Assembly (NCBI GenBank): GCA_018970025.1
Contig: JAGWXF010000015.1
Span: forward strand, 109-64,108
DNA from: Actinomycetales bacterium
Lineage (GTDB): Bacteria; Actinomycetota; Actinomycetes; S36-B12
Reading direction: 5' to 3'
Length of the DNA: 64,000 nt
Part shown: positions 36,384 through 45,196 of the stretch, piece by piece
Numbering within the stretch: the stretch's first letter is position 1
Layout of the letters: each line of letters starts with the position of its first letter
Position numbers and translations under genes: made by a program
Notes under the pieces: generated by a model
The model's input: the letters and a program-made list of their open reading frames with translations, nothing else
Told to the model about the DNA's origin: nothing
Databases searched by the model: none

Positions 36384-36863
36384 GTGCACGTCTCCGCGAA
36401 GGCCGACTACGGCATGCGCGCGCTCCTGGAGCTGACCGCCGCCTATGAGGGTGACCCGCGCAGGCTCGTCAAGGGCGAGGCCATCGCCACCGCCCAGGGC
36501 ATCCCGCTGAAGTTCCTGGAGGGCATCCTGCGCCAGCTGCGCCAGTCCGGGATCGTCACCAGCATGCGCGGGGCCGAGGGAGGCTATCGCCTCGACCGTG
36601 ACCCGGCCCAGATCAGCATCGCCGATGTCGTTCGGGCTCTCGACGGCCCGCTGGCCGCCGTCCGCGGCCAGCGCCCTGAGGACATCAGCTATGCAGGGTC
36701 CGCCGAGCACCTCCGCGAGGTGTGGATCGCCCTGCGGGCGTCCATGCGGCACGTCCTGGAGCACATCACCCTGACCGACGTGGCGGCTGGCCAGATCCCC
36801 GCCGAGTTCGCCCGCCTCCTGGACGAGCCGGGGGCCTGGAAGCGACGGACCGGCAGTTCCTGA
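36384..36863 (+). CDS. Rrf2 family transcriptional regulator
   Basis: GTG start. MHVSAKADYGMRALLELTA...IPLKFLEGILRQLRQSGIVTSMRGAEGGYRL. Confidence 0.88.
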   Translation: MHVSAKADYGMRALLELTAAYEGDPRRLVKGEAIATAQGIPLKFLEGILRQLRQSGIVTSMRGAEGGYRLDRDPAQISIADVVRALDGPLAAVRGQRPEDISYAGSAEHLREVWIALRASMRHVLEHITLTDVAAGQIPAEFARLLDEPGAWKRRTGSS

Positions 36864-36873
36864 TTGCCTGGTC

Positions 36874-36897
36874 GCCTGATCGCCTGATCGCCTGATT
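36874..36897. repeat. 8-bp tandem repeat CGCCTGAT x3 between convergent genes
   Basis: Copies at 36874, 36882 and 36890 read directly. A related CCTGAT occurs at 36859. Confidence 0.85.
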
Positions 36898-36908
36898 GCT
36901 ATGCCCGG

Positions 36909-37829
36909 TCAGGATCGTGGGACGAGGGCCGTCGCGGCCGTGAATGGATCGCACCGGCCCTCGAAGACCTCGACACTGAGCCGATCGAGATCGGCTCCCT
37001 GCGCCAGGATCCGCTCCCGGACGCTGCCCAGGACGAGCGCCACGATCTCCTGCCTGATCCGGTGCAGTCGGCGCTGCCGGTCCTGCCCGCTGCTCACCAG
37101 CCAGCGCCCATGCGCATCGATCGCGTCGACGAGTCCCTCGATGCCCTCCCCGGTGGACGCGATGGTCGTGACCACCGGCGGCTTCCACTGGCCGTGCACG
37201 CCCAGCTCGATCATGTGACGCAGCTCGCGGGCCGTGGCGTCCGCGCCCTCGCGATCGGCCTTGTTGACCGCGAAGACATCGCCGATCTCCAGGATCCCCG
37301 CCTTGGCAGCCTGGACGGCGTCGCCCATGCCCGGCGCAACCAGCACGACCGAGGTGTCGGCCGTCGCGGCGATCTCCACCTCCGACTGGCCGACGCCGAC
37401 CGTCTCGATGATCACCGCGTCGAAGCCCACGGCCTCCAGGACCCGGACGACCTGGGGCGTGGCCGCGGCAAGCCCCCCGAGGTGGCCGCGCGAGGCCATC
37501 GACCTGATGTAGACGCCCGGGTCCGTCGCATGCTGCTGCATGCGGATCCGATCCCCGAGCAGCGCCCCGCCGGTGAACGGCGATGAGGGGTCCACGGCCA
37601 GCACGGCGACACGCTCGTGACGTCGGCGCCAGGCCTGGACCAGGGCAGAGGTGGTGGTGGACTTCCCGGCACCGGGTGCACCCGTGATCCCGATGATCCG
37701 AGCACGGGATCCGGGCAGCGACATGAGCACCTCGCGCGCCTGCTCGCCGCCGTTCTCGACCCGGGTGATCAGCCGCGCGATCGAGCGCGCATCCCCCTGC
37801 CGGGCGCGGGCGAGCAGGTCCTCGGCCAT
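36909..37829 (-). CDS. meaB: Methylmalonyl-CoA mutase-associated G-protein chaperone (ArgK/MeaB)
   Basis: P-loop GAPGAGKST, LAVDPSSPFTGGALLGDRIRM, AVNKAD. Confidence 0.9.
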   Translation of the reverse strand: MAEDLLARARQGDARSIARLITRVENGGEQAREVLMSLPGSRARIIGITGAPGAGKSTTTSALVQAWRRRHERVAVLAVDPSSPFTGGALLGDRIRMQQHATDPGVYIRSMASRGHLGGLAAATPQVVRVLEAVGFDAVIIETVGVGQSEVEIAATADTSVVLVAPGMGDAVQAAKAGILEIGDVFAVNKADREGADATARELRHMIELGVHGQWKPPVVTTIASTGEGIEGLVDAIDAHGRWLVSSGQDRQRRLHRIRQEIVALVLGSVRERILAQGADLDRLSVEVFEGRCDPFTAATALVPRS

Positions 37830-37841
37830 GCCGGCCGCTGA

Positions 37842-39035
37842 CTAGGCGGGCACGCGCAGGAGGAGCGCGTCGCCCTGGCCTCCGCCGCCGCACAGGGCCG
37901 CCGCACCCAGGCCCCCGCCGCGCCGGCGCAGCTCATTGACCAGGTGCACGACGATCCGCGCTCCGGACATGCCCACCGGGTGGCCGAGTGCGATCGCGCC
38001 TCCGTCGACGTTGACGATCTCCTCGCTGACGCCCAGGGCGCGCATCGACGCGATCCCGACTGCCGCGAAGGCCTCGTTGATCTCCAGCAGGTCCAGGTCG
38101 CTGACCGCGATGCCCTCCCGCTCGCAGGCACGCCTGATGGCATTCGCGGGCTGCTCGTGCAGGGAGGCATCCGGGCCCGCGACGACCCCGTGCGCGCCGA
38201 TCGCCGCCAGCGGCGCAATGCCGAGCTCCGCGGCCTTGGCCCGGCTCATCACCACGACCGCAGCACCGCCGTCGGAGATCTGCGATGCGTTCCCCGCGGT
38301 GATGGTGCCGTCCTTGGCGAATGCCGGCCGCAGCGAGCCCAGGGACTCCTCGGTGGTCTCCGCTCGGATGCCCTCGTCGCGCACGATCTCGACCGGGTCG
38401 CCCTTGCGCTGCGGGACGCTCACCGCGACGATCTCCTCGGCGAACCGGCCCTCCTGCTGGGCCCGCGCCGCGCGCTGATGGGACTGCGCGGCGAATGCGT
38501 CCTGCTCCTGGCGGGTCAGGGAGTAGCGGGCGTTGTACCGCTCCGTGCCCTCCCCCATGGCGCACGCGTCGAACGAGCAGGTCAGCGCATCGAACGCCAT
38601 GGAGTCCTGCATCTGCCATGGCCCGTACTTGACCCCCTCGCGGGAGCCCATCAGCAGGTGCGGGGCGTTCGTCATGGACTCCATCCCGCCGGCGACCACG
38701 ACGTCGAACTCCCCGGCCCGGATGAGCTGGTCGGCCAGGGCGATCGCGTCGATCCCGGACAGGCACACCTTGTTGATCGTGATCGCCGGGACGCCCATGC
38801 CCAGGCCAGCCTTGACCGCAGCCTGCCGCGCCGGGTTCTGCCCGGCCCCGGCGAGCAGGACCTGCCCCATGATCACGTAGTCGACCTCGGATCCGCTCAG
38901 CCCGGCGCGCTCGAGTGCGGCCTTGATCGCGAATCCGCCGAGCTCGGCGGCGCTGAAGCCGCTCAGGGCCCCCTGCAGGCGGCCCATCGGGGTCCGTGCC
39001 CCGGAGACGATCACCGAGCCCTGGTCGAATGCCAT
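37842..39035 (-). CDS. Acetyl-CoA C-acetyltransferase (thiolase II)
   Basis: [11 protein letters not shown] (active Cys), [20 protein letters not shown]. Confidence 0.93.
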   Translation of the reverse strand: MAFDQGSVIVSGARTPMGRLQGALSGFSAAELGGFAIKAALERAGLSGSEVDYVIMGQVLLAGAGQNPARQAAVKAGLGMGVPAITINKVCLSGIDAIALADQLIRAGEFDVVVAGGMESMTNAPHLLMGSREGVKYGPWQMQDSMAFDALTCSFDACAMGEGTERYNARYSLTRQEQDAFAAQSHQRAARAQQEGRFAEEIVAVSVPQRKGDPVEIVRDEGIRAETTEESLGSLRPAFAKDGTITAGNASQISDGGAAVVVMSRAKAAELGIAPLAAIGAHGVVAGPDASLHEQPANAIRRACEREGIAVSDLDLLEINEAFAAVGIASMRALGVSEEIVNVDGGAIALGHPVGMSGARIVVHLVNELRRRGGGLGAAALCGGGGQGDALLLRVPA

Positions 39036-39063
39036 GTTTCACTCCCATTCCCTGGTCTGCTCG

Positions 39064-39081
39064 GGTGACAACATAGTCACC
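39064..39081. promoter_or_regulatory. Inverted repeat GGTGAC-AACATA-GTCACC abutting the epimerase ATG
   Basis: 6-bp perfect arms read directly. The repeat ends 1 nt before ATG 39082, with no SD visible. Confidence 0.25.
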
Positions 39082-39513
39082 ATGGATTCCATCCTCACGC
39101 GCATCGATCATGTGGGCATCGCCGTCGCGGACCTCGAGGCAGCCAAGGCGTTCTATCGGGACGCCTTCGGACTTGCGGTCGTCCATGAGGAGGTCAATGA
39201 GGAGCAGGGGGTGCGCGAGGCCATGCTGGCGGTCGGGGAGGGCGGGTCGTGCATCCAGCTCCTGGCACCGCTGACCCCGGACTCGACGATTGCCAGGTTC
39301 CTGGATCGCTCCGGGCCGGGGATCCAGCAGGTCGCGTACGGGGTCGACGACGTTGTCGCCGCCGCGGAGCACCTGCGCCGGGCCGGCGTGCGCATGCTCT
39401 ACGACGCACCCAGGCGCGGCACGGCCGGCTCGCTGGTCAACTTCGCCCACCCCAAGGACTGCGGGGGCGTGCTCGTGGAGCTCGTGCAGGCGCCCGCTGG
39501 CTCGGGCCACTGA
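39082..39513 (+). CDS. Methylmalonyl-CoA epimerase (VOC/glyoxalase fold)
   Basis: 143 aa. RIDHVGIAVADLEAAKAFY...GIQQVAYGVDD...HPKDCGGVLVELV. Confidence 0.88.
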   Translation: MDSILTRIDHVGIAVADLEAAKAFYRDAFGLAVVHEEVNEEQGVREAMLAVGEGGSCIQLLAPLTPDSTIARFLDRSGPGIQQVAYGVDDVVAAAEHLRRAGVRMLYDAPRRGTAGSLVNFAHPKDCGGVLVELVQAPAGSGH

Positions 39514-39547
39514 CACGGGCGACGGTAGACACAGGAGCCCGATCGGC

Positions 39548-39769
39548 ATGGACGCGCCTGACCTGTCGCTCGCCGGCTGGACGCTGACCGACGAGCAGTT
39601 CACCGCTGCGGTCGCCATCCTCGGCGGCATCCTGGGCGTGGTCATGCTCAATGCCCTGACGCGGCGGGCCACCCGCGTGGTCATCGGCCTGGCCATGGGA
39701 GGCCTGGTCACCGCAGCGTGGTGGTGGGCGGCCCGGACGGGCCATCTCCCCGGCCTGCCGCTAGGGTAA
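39548..39769 (+). CDS. Small membrane protein (73 aa, 2 TM), hypothetical
   Basis: AGGAG 10 nt upstream of the ATG. G/C-rich third positions and two hydrophobic helices. Confidence 0.45.
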   Translation: MDAPDLSLAGWTLTDEQFTAAVAILGGILGVVMLNALTRRATRVVIGLAMGGLVTAAWWWAARTGHLPGLPLG

Positions 39770-39782
39770 GCGATCGCTTACC
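39765..39782. promoter_or_regulatory. Perfect 18-bp palindrome GGTAAGCGATCGCTTACC, 27 nt upstream of ccr
   Basis: All 9 base pairs checked by hand. Overlaps the TAA stop of the small ORF. Could alternatively fold as a 7-bp stem/GATC loop followed by TTT. Confidence 0.55.
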
Positions 39783-39808
39783 TTTCGTCGGCCGATCCGG
39801 GAGTCCCC

Positions 39809-41143
39809 ATGCAGCACATCCTCGATGCGATTCTCGCGGGCGCGGACCGGCCGGCCTTCGAGAGCCTGGACATCCCCGAGTCCTACCTCGGGGTGACCAT
39901 CCATAAGAACGAGGAGGCCATGTTCGAGGCGATCCCCGCCCAGCAGCGGGATCCCCGCTCCTCCCTGCACCTGGACGAAGTCCCGGTTCCCGAGCTCGCA
40001 CCCGGCGAGGCCCTCATCGCGGTGATGGCCTCATCGATCAACTACAACACCGTCTGGAGCTCGATCTTCGAGCCGGTCAGCACCTTCGGCTTCCTGGCCC
40101 GCTATGGCAGGAGCCACGCGGATGCCCTGCGGCACGACCTGCCCTATCAGGTGATCGGCTCGGACGCCGCGGGCGTGGTCCTGCGCACCGGCCCGGGCGT
40201 CAATGCCTGGAAGCCAGGGGACGCCGTGGTGGCCCACTGCCTGAGCGTGGAGCTGGAGTCGCCCCTCGGCCATGACGACACGATGCTCGACCCCGAGCAG
40301 CGGATCTGGGGCTTCGAGACCAACTTCGGCGGGATGGCCCAGCTCGCGATCGTGAAGTCCAATCAGCTGCTGCCCAAGCCAGGGCACCTCACCTGGGAGG
40401 AGGCCGCCAGCCCCGGGCTGGTCAACTCGACCGCCTACCGGCAGCTGGTCTCTCGCAACGGCGCCGGCATGAAGCAGGGCGACATCGTGCTCATCTGGGG
40501 CGCTTCGGGTGGCCTGGGCTCCTACGCCACCCAGATGGCGGTGAATGGCGGTGCCGTGCCGGTCTGCGTGGTCTCCAGCCCGGAGAAGGCGCAGCTGTGC
40601 CGGGACATGGGCGCCGAGCTCGTCATCGACCGCCAGGCCGAGGGCTATCGGTTCTGGAAGGACGAGCAGACCCAGGACCCCAAGGAGTGGCAGCGGTTCG
40701 GCCGCCGGATCCGGGAGCTGACCGGCGGGGATGACGTCGACATCGTCTTCGAGCACCCGGGTCGGGAGACCTTCGGCGCCAGCGTCTACGTCGCCCGCAA
40801 GGGCGGCACCATCGTGACCTGCGCGTCGACCAGCGGCTTCATGCACGAGTACGACAACCGCTACCTGTGGATGAACCTCAAGCGGATCGTCGGCAGCCAC
40901 TTCGCCAACTACCGGGAGGCCTACGAGGCAAACCGGCTCGTCAGCCTCGGACGCATCCACCCGACCCTGTCGAAGACGTTCCCGCTCGACCAGGCCGGCC
41001 AGGCGGCCTACGAGGTGCACCGCAACCTGCACCAGGGCAAGGTCGGGCTGCTGGCCCTGGCACCCAGCGAGGGCCTGGGGGTGACGAGGCCGGAGCTTCG
41101 CGAGCGTCACCTGACGGCCATCAATCGTTTCCGTGAGCGCTGA
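39809..41143 (+). CDS. ccr: Crotonyl-CoA carboxylase/reductase
   Basis: 444 aa MDR-type enzyme with Ccr-typical N-terminal region (LGVTIHKNEEAMF...), INYNTVWSSIFEP, WGFETNFGGMAQ, WGASGGLGSYATQ. Confidence 0.9.
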   Translation: MQHILDAILAGADRPAFESLDIPESYLGVTIHKNEEAMFEAIPAQQRDPRSSLHLDEVPVPELAPGEALIAVMASSINYNTVWSSIFEPVSTFGFLARYGRSHADALRHDLPYQVIGSDAAGVVLRTGPGVNAWKPGDAVVAHCLSVELESPLGHDDTMLDPEQRIWGFETNFGGMAQLAIVKSNQLLPKPGHLTWEEAASPGLVNSTAYRQLVSRNGAGMKQGDIVLIWGASGGLGSYATQMAVNGGAVPVCVVSSPEKAQLCRDMGAELVIDRQAEGYRFWKDEQTQDPKEWQRFGRRIRELTGGDDVDIVFEHPGRETFGASVYVARKGGTIVTCASTSGFMHEYDNRYLWMNLKRIVGSHFANYREAYEANRLVSLGRIHPTLSKTFPLDQAGQAAYEVHRNLHQGKVGLLALAPSEGLGVTRPELRERHLTAINRFRER

Positions 41144-41187
41144 CTCGCGCGCGACATGACCGTCATGCGATTCCCGTAGCATGAGGC

Positions 41188-43248
41188 GTGCCCGCGACTG
41201 ACGACACCCAGGCTCTCGAGCCGGTAGTCGTCCCGTGGAAGCTCGACCGCGGCCGCCGGTGCCGGGAGATGGGCTACCTGCCGGGGCTCGACGGGATCCG
41301 AGCGCTCGCGGTCATCGGGGTCCTGCTCTATCACGCCGATCTGCCGTTCATGCCCGGCGGATTCCTCGGCGTCGACGTCTTCTTCGTCCTCAGCGGCTTC
41401 CTCATCACCTCGCTGATCCTGGAGGAGCTCGATCGATCCGGCCGGGTCGACTTCCGCCGGTTCTACCTCGGCCGCGCCCGCCGCCTGCTGCCCGCGCTCC
41501 TGCTCGTCCTGCTGGTGACCGCCCTGGCAGCGGCCTTCGTGTACCGCGATGCGGCCCGGCAGTTCGCCAGCGACGCCCTGGCAACGCTGCTGTACGTCAA
41601 CAACTGGTGGTACGTCTTCGCCGACCAGTCCTACTTCGAGTTCATCGGGCGCCCGCCGCTGCTGAAGCACCTGTGGTCGCTCAGCGTCGAGGAGCAGTTC
41701 TACCTGGTCTGGCCAGCGGTGGCATACCTCGTCGTCAGGCGGGCCCGCCGGCGCGGCCTGCTCATCGTCGCCCTCGTGCTGGCCCTTGCATCGACCGCCT
41801 GGATGGCCATCCTGTCGGCAGCCAACGGCTACCCGGACTACGCCGACCCGTCACGGGCCTACTTCGGCACCGACTCCCACGCGATGGGGCTGCTGATCGG
41901 GGCAGCGCTGGCAACCGTGTGGCGGCCCGGGCGGCTGGCCCGCAAGGTGCCGCGCGGCGGGGCCGTCACGCTGACGGCGATCGGCCTGGTGGCCCTCGGC
42001 ACGGTGCTGGCCTTCTTCCTGGCGGTCGGCGAGTTCACGCCCTGGCTGTACCGCGGGGGCTTCCTGGCGATCGCCGTTGCCGTGGCGCTCCTCATCGCCA
42101 TCGCCACGCACCCGGCCATCAGGTTCGGGGCGATCCTGGGCACGCAGCCATGGCGATACATCGGCCAGCGGTCCTACGGGCTGTACCTCTGGCACTGGCC
42201 GGTGTTCATGGTCACCCGCCCGACCCTGGACCTCCCCCTCGACGGCCCGGGCCTGCTCGCCCTGCGCCTGTTGCTCACCTTCGCTCTCGCAGAGGCCAGC
42301 TTCCGCTTCCTGGAGATGCCCATCCGGCGCGGGGCCATCGGCCGATACCTCCAGCGAGCCCGGCAGGCAGGCAGGCGGCGGCGCCGGTCGCTGGCCATCC
42401 GTGCCTGGATCGTCGGGGCCGCGGCCGCGGTCGGGGTGGTCATGCTCGGCGCCCAGCTGCTGGCCGTGCCGCGTGCATCTGCCGAGTCCGGCCTGCCGGC
42501 CGATGTGGCCCAGGCCATCGGCATCGCATCCGGAGGGCCGACCGCGGTGAGCCTGGACGATCCCGATCCCGGCGCATCAGGCTCCGCGGCAGTGTCTTCG
42601 CCGCCATCCGGCTCTATTCCCCCATCCGGTTCTGCTTCCCCATCCGCCAGTCAACCGGGCGAGCCATCCCCGTCCCCCAGCCCGGTGAGCACCGGTTCCG
42701 GATCTCCCGCGGCCCCGACAACCGGCCCGTCGGTGACGTCGGCCTCGCCGGGCGAGTTCGCCCCTCCAGGGTCGATGACTGCGAACGGCCGGGTCAGCGC
42801 CATCGGGGACTCGGTGATGCTCGGGGCCCGCGACACCCTGAAGTCCGTGATCCCAGGGACCCGTGTCGATGCCGAGGTCTCCCGCATGCCGGGCGCATTC
42901 ATCGGCCCGCTCAAGCGCTACGTCGCGCGAGGAAGGCTCGCACCGATCGTGGTGATCCACCCGGCGACCAACGGCGTCCTGCCGCCGGACATGTTCCGCC
43001 AGATGCTGACCCTGCTGCAGGACATCCCGCGCGTCGTGGTGGTCAACTCGCATATGCCACGATCGTGGCGGGATCCGAACAACAAGGTCATCAATGACAT
43101 CCTCCCGGAGTTCGGCAATGCCGTCCTCGCCGACTGGGAGGCAGCCTCACAGGGTCACCCTGAGTACTTCGTCTCGGACGGCATCCACCTGACACCGGCA
43201 GGTGCGCAGGCCTACGCCGAGCTGATCAAGCAGGCCGCCGGGCTCTAG
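41188..43248 (+). CDS. Acyltransferase family 3 membrane protein with C-terminal SGNH-like domain (OatA-like)
   Basis: LPGLDGIRALAVIGVLLYHA and multiple TM helices, a Ser/Pro-rich linker, then AIGDSVMLGA...DGIHLT. Confidence 0.88.
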   Translation: MPATDDTQALEPVVVPWKLDRGRRCREMGYLPGLDGIRALAVIGVLLYHADLPFMPGGFLGVDVFFVLSGFLITSLILEELDRSGRVDFRRFYLGRARRLLPALLLVLLVTALAAAFVYRDAARQFASDALATLLYVNNWWYVFADQSYFEFIGRPPLLKHLWSLSVEEQFYLVWPAVAYLVVRRARRRGLLIVALVLALASTAWMAILSAANGYPDYADPSRAYFGTDSHAMGLLIGAALATVWRPGRLARKVPRGGAVTLTAIGLVALGTVLAFFLAVGEFTPWLYRGGFLAIAVAVALLIAIATHPAIRFGAILGTQPWRYIGQRSYGLYLWHWPVFMVTRPTLDLPLDGPGLLALRLLLTFALAEASFRFLEMPIRRGAIGRYLQRARQAGRRRRRSLAIRAWIVGAAAAVGVVMLGAQLLAVPRASAESGLPADVAQAIGIASGGPTAVSLDDPDPGASGSAAVSSPPSGSIPPSGSASPSASQPGEPSPSPSPVSTGSGSPAAPTTGPSVTSASPGEFAPPGSMTANGRVSAIGDSVMLGARDTLKSVIPGTRVDAEVSRMPGAFIGPLKRYVARGRLAPIVVIHPATNGVLPPDMFRQMLTLLQDIPRVVVVNSHMPRSWRDPNNKVINDILPEFGNAVLADWEAASQGHPEYFVSDGIHLTPAGAQAYAELIKQAAGL

Positions 43249-43275
43249 CGCTGCGAGCTGGGCAACGCCTCCGGC

Positions 43276-44034
43276 TCAGCCCTGAATGGTCGACAGGAAC
43301 TGCAGCAACGCCCGGCTCACCGCATCCGGATCCTCGACCGCACTCAGGTGCCCCGCCCCCGGGATCACGACTTGGCGACCATGTGCGAGCGCCCCGAGCA
43401 TGGATCGTTGCTCCGGCTCGGGGCTGAGGGCATCCTCGTCCCCCCACAGCACCAGGGCCGGGGCCTGCAGGGTCCGCAGCACCTCATGCGCGTCAGGGCG
43501 CGCAGCCATGGCTCGCTGATACCAGGCGACGGTCGACGGCTCCGCCTGATCGAGCCAGCCGGCAACGCGTTCGACGACCGCTGGACGGCTGCCTTGCGTG
43601 GTGGGGCCGAGCAGGCCGGGGATGATCGCCTGGCGCAGGATCCGCCCGCAGTGCGCAGGATCCGCGGACACCGCCTCGGCCAGGCGGATGCGATTGCGCA
43701 CGGCATCCGGTGAATCCGCGCAGGCCTTGGTATCGCACAGGATTGCCGCCTCGAACAGCGCGGGCCTGATGCGCATCATCGCCATCGCCACGTATCCGCC
43801 CAGGGACAGGCCCGCGACGATCGCACGGTCGATGCCCAGCCCGGCCAGCTCATCGAGCACTCGCGTGGCGACGATGCCCAGGCCCGGCTCTCCATCAGGC
43901 AGCTGCGTCCCGCCGAATCCCGCCAGGTCGGCGGCGATCACCCGAGCACCGGACTCGGCGAGGGCATCGACCTGATGGGCCCACATCCGGTGGTCCAGCG
44001 GGAAGGCATGCAGCAGCACGACCGTCGCGCTCAT
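43276..44034 (-). CDS. Alpha/beta hydrolase
   Basis: ATG 44034 gives an ATGA overlap with the upstream gene. VVLLHAFPLD..., nucleophile elbow AGLSLGGYVA, GAGHLS. Confidence 0.85.
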   Translation of the reverse strand: MSATVVLLHAFPLDHRMWAHQVDALAESGARVIAADLAGFGGTQLPDGEPGLGIVATRVLDELAGLGIDRAIVAGLSLGGYVAMAMMRIRPALFEAAILCDTKACADSPDAVRNRIRLAEAVSADPAHCGRILRQAIIPGLLGPTTQGSRPAVVERVAGWLDQAEPSTVAWYQRAMAARPDAHEVLRTLQAPALVLWGDEDALSPEPEQRSMLGALAHGRQVVIPGAGHLSAVEDPDAVSRALLQFLSTIQG

Positions 44035-44849
44035 GGCTGGCTCCAGCGCTCCATCGGCCCGGACCATACGCCCGGAAGCGGTGCCCGCTGCGGAGCCACC
44101 TGCTCGACGATGGCATTGAGGACGGTCGACACGAAGCGCTCCCCCACCCACAGGTGCCGGGCATCCGGCACGGCGATCACCCGTGCCTGGGGGACGATCG
44201 CGAATCGCTCGGCGGCCTGCGCAGGCCGCAGGAAGTCGTCGTGCTCCGGCACCAGGCAGGTCATCGGACGCCCGGAGGCGGCCCAGCCGCACAGGTCGTC
44301 CGCCGTCGAGTAGCGCAGGGGCGGCGAGAGCAGGATGGCGCCCTCGACTGGGTCCATGTTCCCGTGCCGGATCACGACATCCGTGCCGAAGGACCACCCC
44401 ACCAGCCATGGGTCCGGCAGGCCGCGCTCGCGCGCGAGGGCGATGGCCGCGTGCAGGTCCCGCCCCTCGCCACGGGCCTGGTCGAAGGATCCCTGGCTGG
44501 TGCCCGCGGCACTGGTGGTTCCGCGCGTGTTGAATCGCAGGATCGCCACGTCCGCCAGGGCGGGCAGGCGCCAGGCCATCTTGCGCAGGACGTGACTGTC
44601 CATCATCCCGCCATGGGTGGGCAGCGGATGGACGCAGATGATCGTTGCTACCGGATCTCGATCAGCAGGCAGCGCGAGCTCGCCGACCAGGCGCAGGGCA
44701 TCGCTGGTGACCAGCTCGATCGGCAGGCGCCGTGCCGGCAGCACCGACGCAGCGACGATCGGCTGAGCGACCATCTGATCAGCGACGATCGGCTGAGCGA
44801 CGGCCGGCTCAGGCTGCTGCCGGTCATCGTCCCGGCCGTGCGTGGTCAT
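44031..44849 (-). CDS. Alpha/beta hydrolase (dienelactone-hydrolase-like)
   Basis: ICVHPLPTHGG and GWSFGTDV elbow. The N-terminal region contains a duplicated VAQPIVA segment. Confidence 0.75.
   Translation of the reverse strand: MTTHGRDDDRQQPEPAVAQPIVADQMVAQPIVAASVLPARRLPIELVTSDALRLVGELALPADRDPVATIICVHPLPTHGGMMDSHVLRKMAWRLPALADVAILRFNTRGTTSAAGTSQGSFDQARGEGRDLHAAIALARERGLPDPWLVGWSFGTDVVIRHGNMDPVEGAILLSPPLRYSTADDLCGWAASGRPMTCLVPEHDDFLRPAQAAERFAIVPQARVIAVPDARHLWVGERFVSTVLNAIVEQVAPQRAPLPGVWSGPMERWSQP
44751..44801. repeat. 21-bp exact repeat at 30-bp period inside the hydrolase 5' region
   Basis: AGCGACGATCGGCTGAGCGAC at 44751-44771 and 44781-44801, read directly. Confidence 0.88.
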
Positions 44850-45166
44850 CAGTATCGGGGACCCCTCGACGAACGCATCGTGCGCGGACCGCGGTTGTTC
44901 CTCGACGACCAGCAGGCCGAGTGCCAGTGCCGCCTGGCCTCCACCCCGCCCAGCCCGTCGGCCGGATACGCGACGACATGCGGCGTCGCGGGACGGATCT
45001 CCTGGTCGCAGCCGGGGCAGCGGTACGTCTTGGTCGAGGCAGACCCGGTGATCGTCTGCACCACCCAGTCCTCGCCGCCGAAGTCCTCGACCCGGCGCGC
45101 ACCGTAGGCAGCGGGGCCGTTCAGGTCGCCCGAGACGTCCGGGCGCCGACGATGCTTGCGGCCCAT
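44849..45166 (-). CDS. Small conserved actinobacterial protein with CPGC motif (hypothetical)
   Basis: 105 aa, ...TKTYRCPGCDQEIRPATPHVVAYP...RRHWHSAC. I recall similar small proteins near nucS in other actinobacteria. Confidence 0.6.
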   Translation of the reverse strand: MGRKHRRRPDVSGDLNGPAAYGARRVEDFGGEDWVVQTITGSASTKTYRCPGCDQEIRPATPHVVAYPADGLGGVEARRHWHSACWSSRNNRGPRTMRSSRGPRY

Positions 45167-45196
45167 GGCGTCACAGCCTACGCCGACGCGATGCGA

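Noticed and set aside
39765-39782. Interpretation of the 18-bp palindrome purely as an intrinsic terminator of the 73-aa ORF
   Set aside because: Not excluded: a 7-bp stem, GATC loop and following TTT are possible. However, the stem is short and weak for this GC content, and near-identical arms recur at two other intergenic sites without preceding genes ending there. An operator role is therefore preferred.
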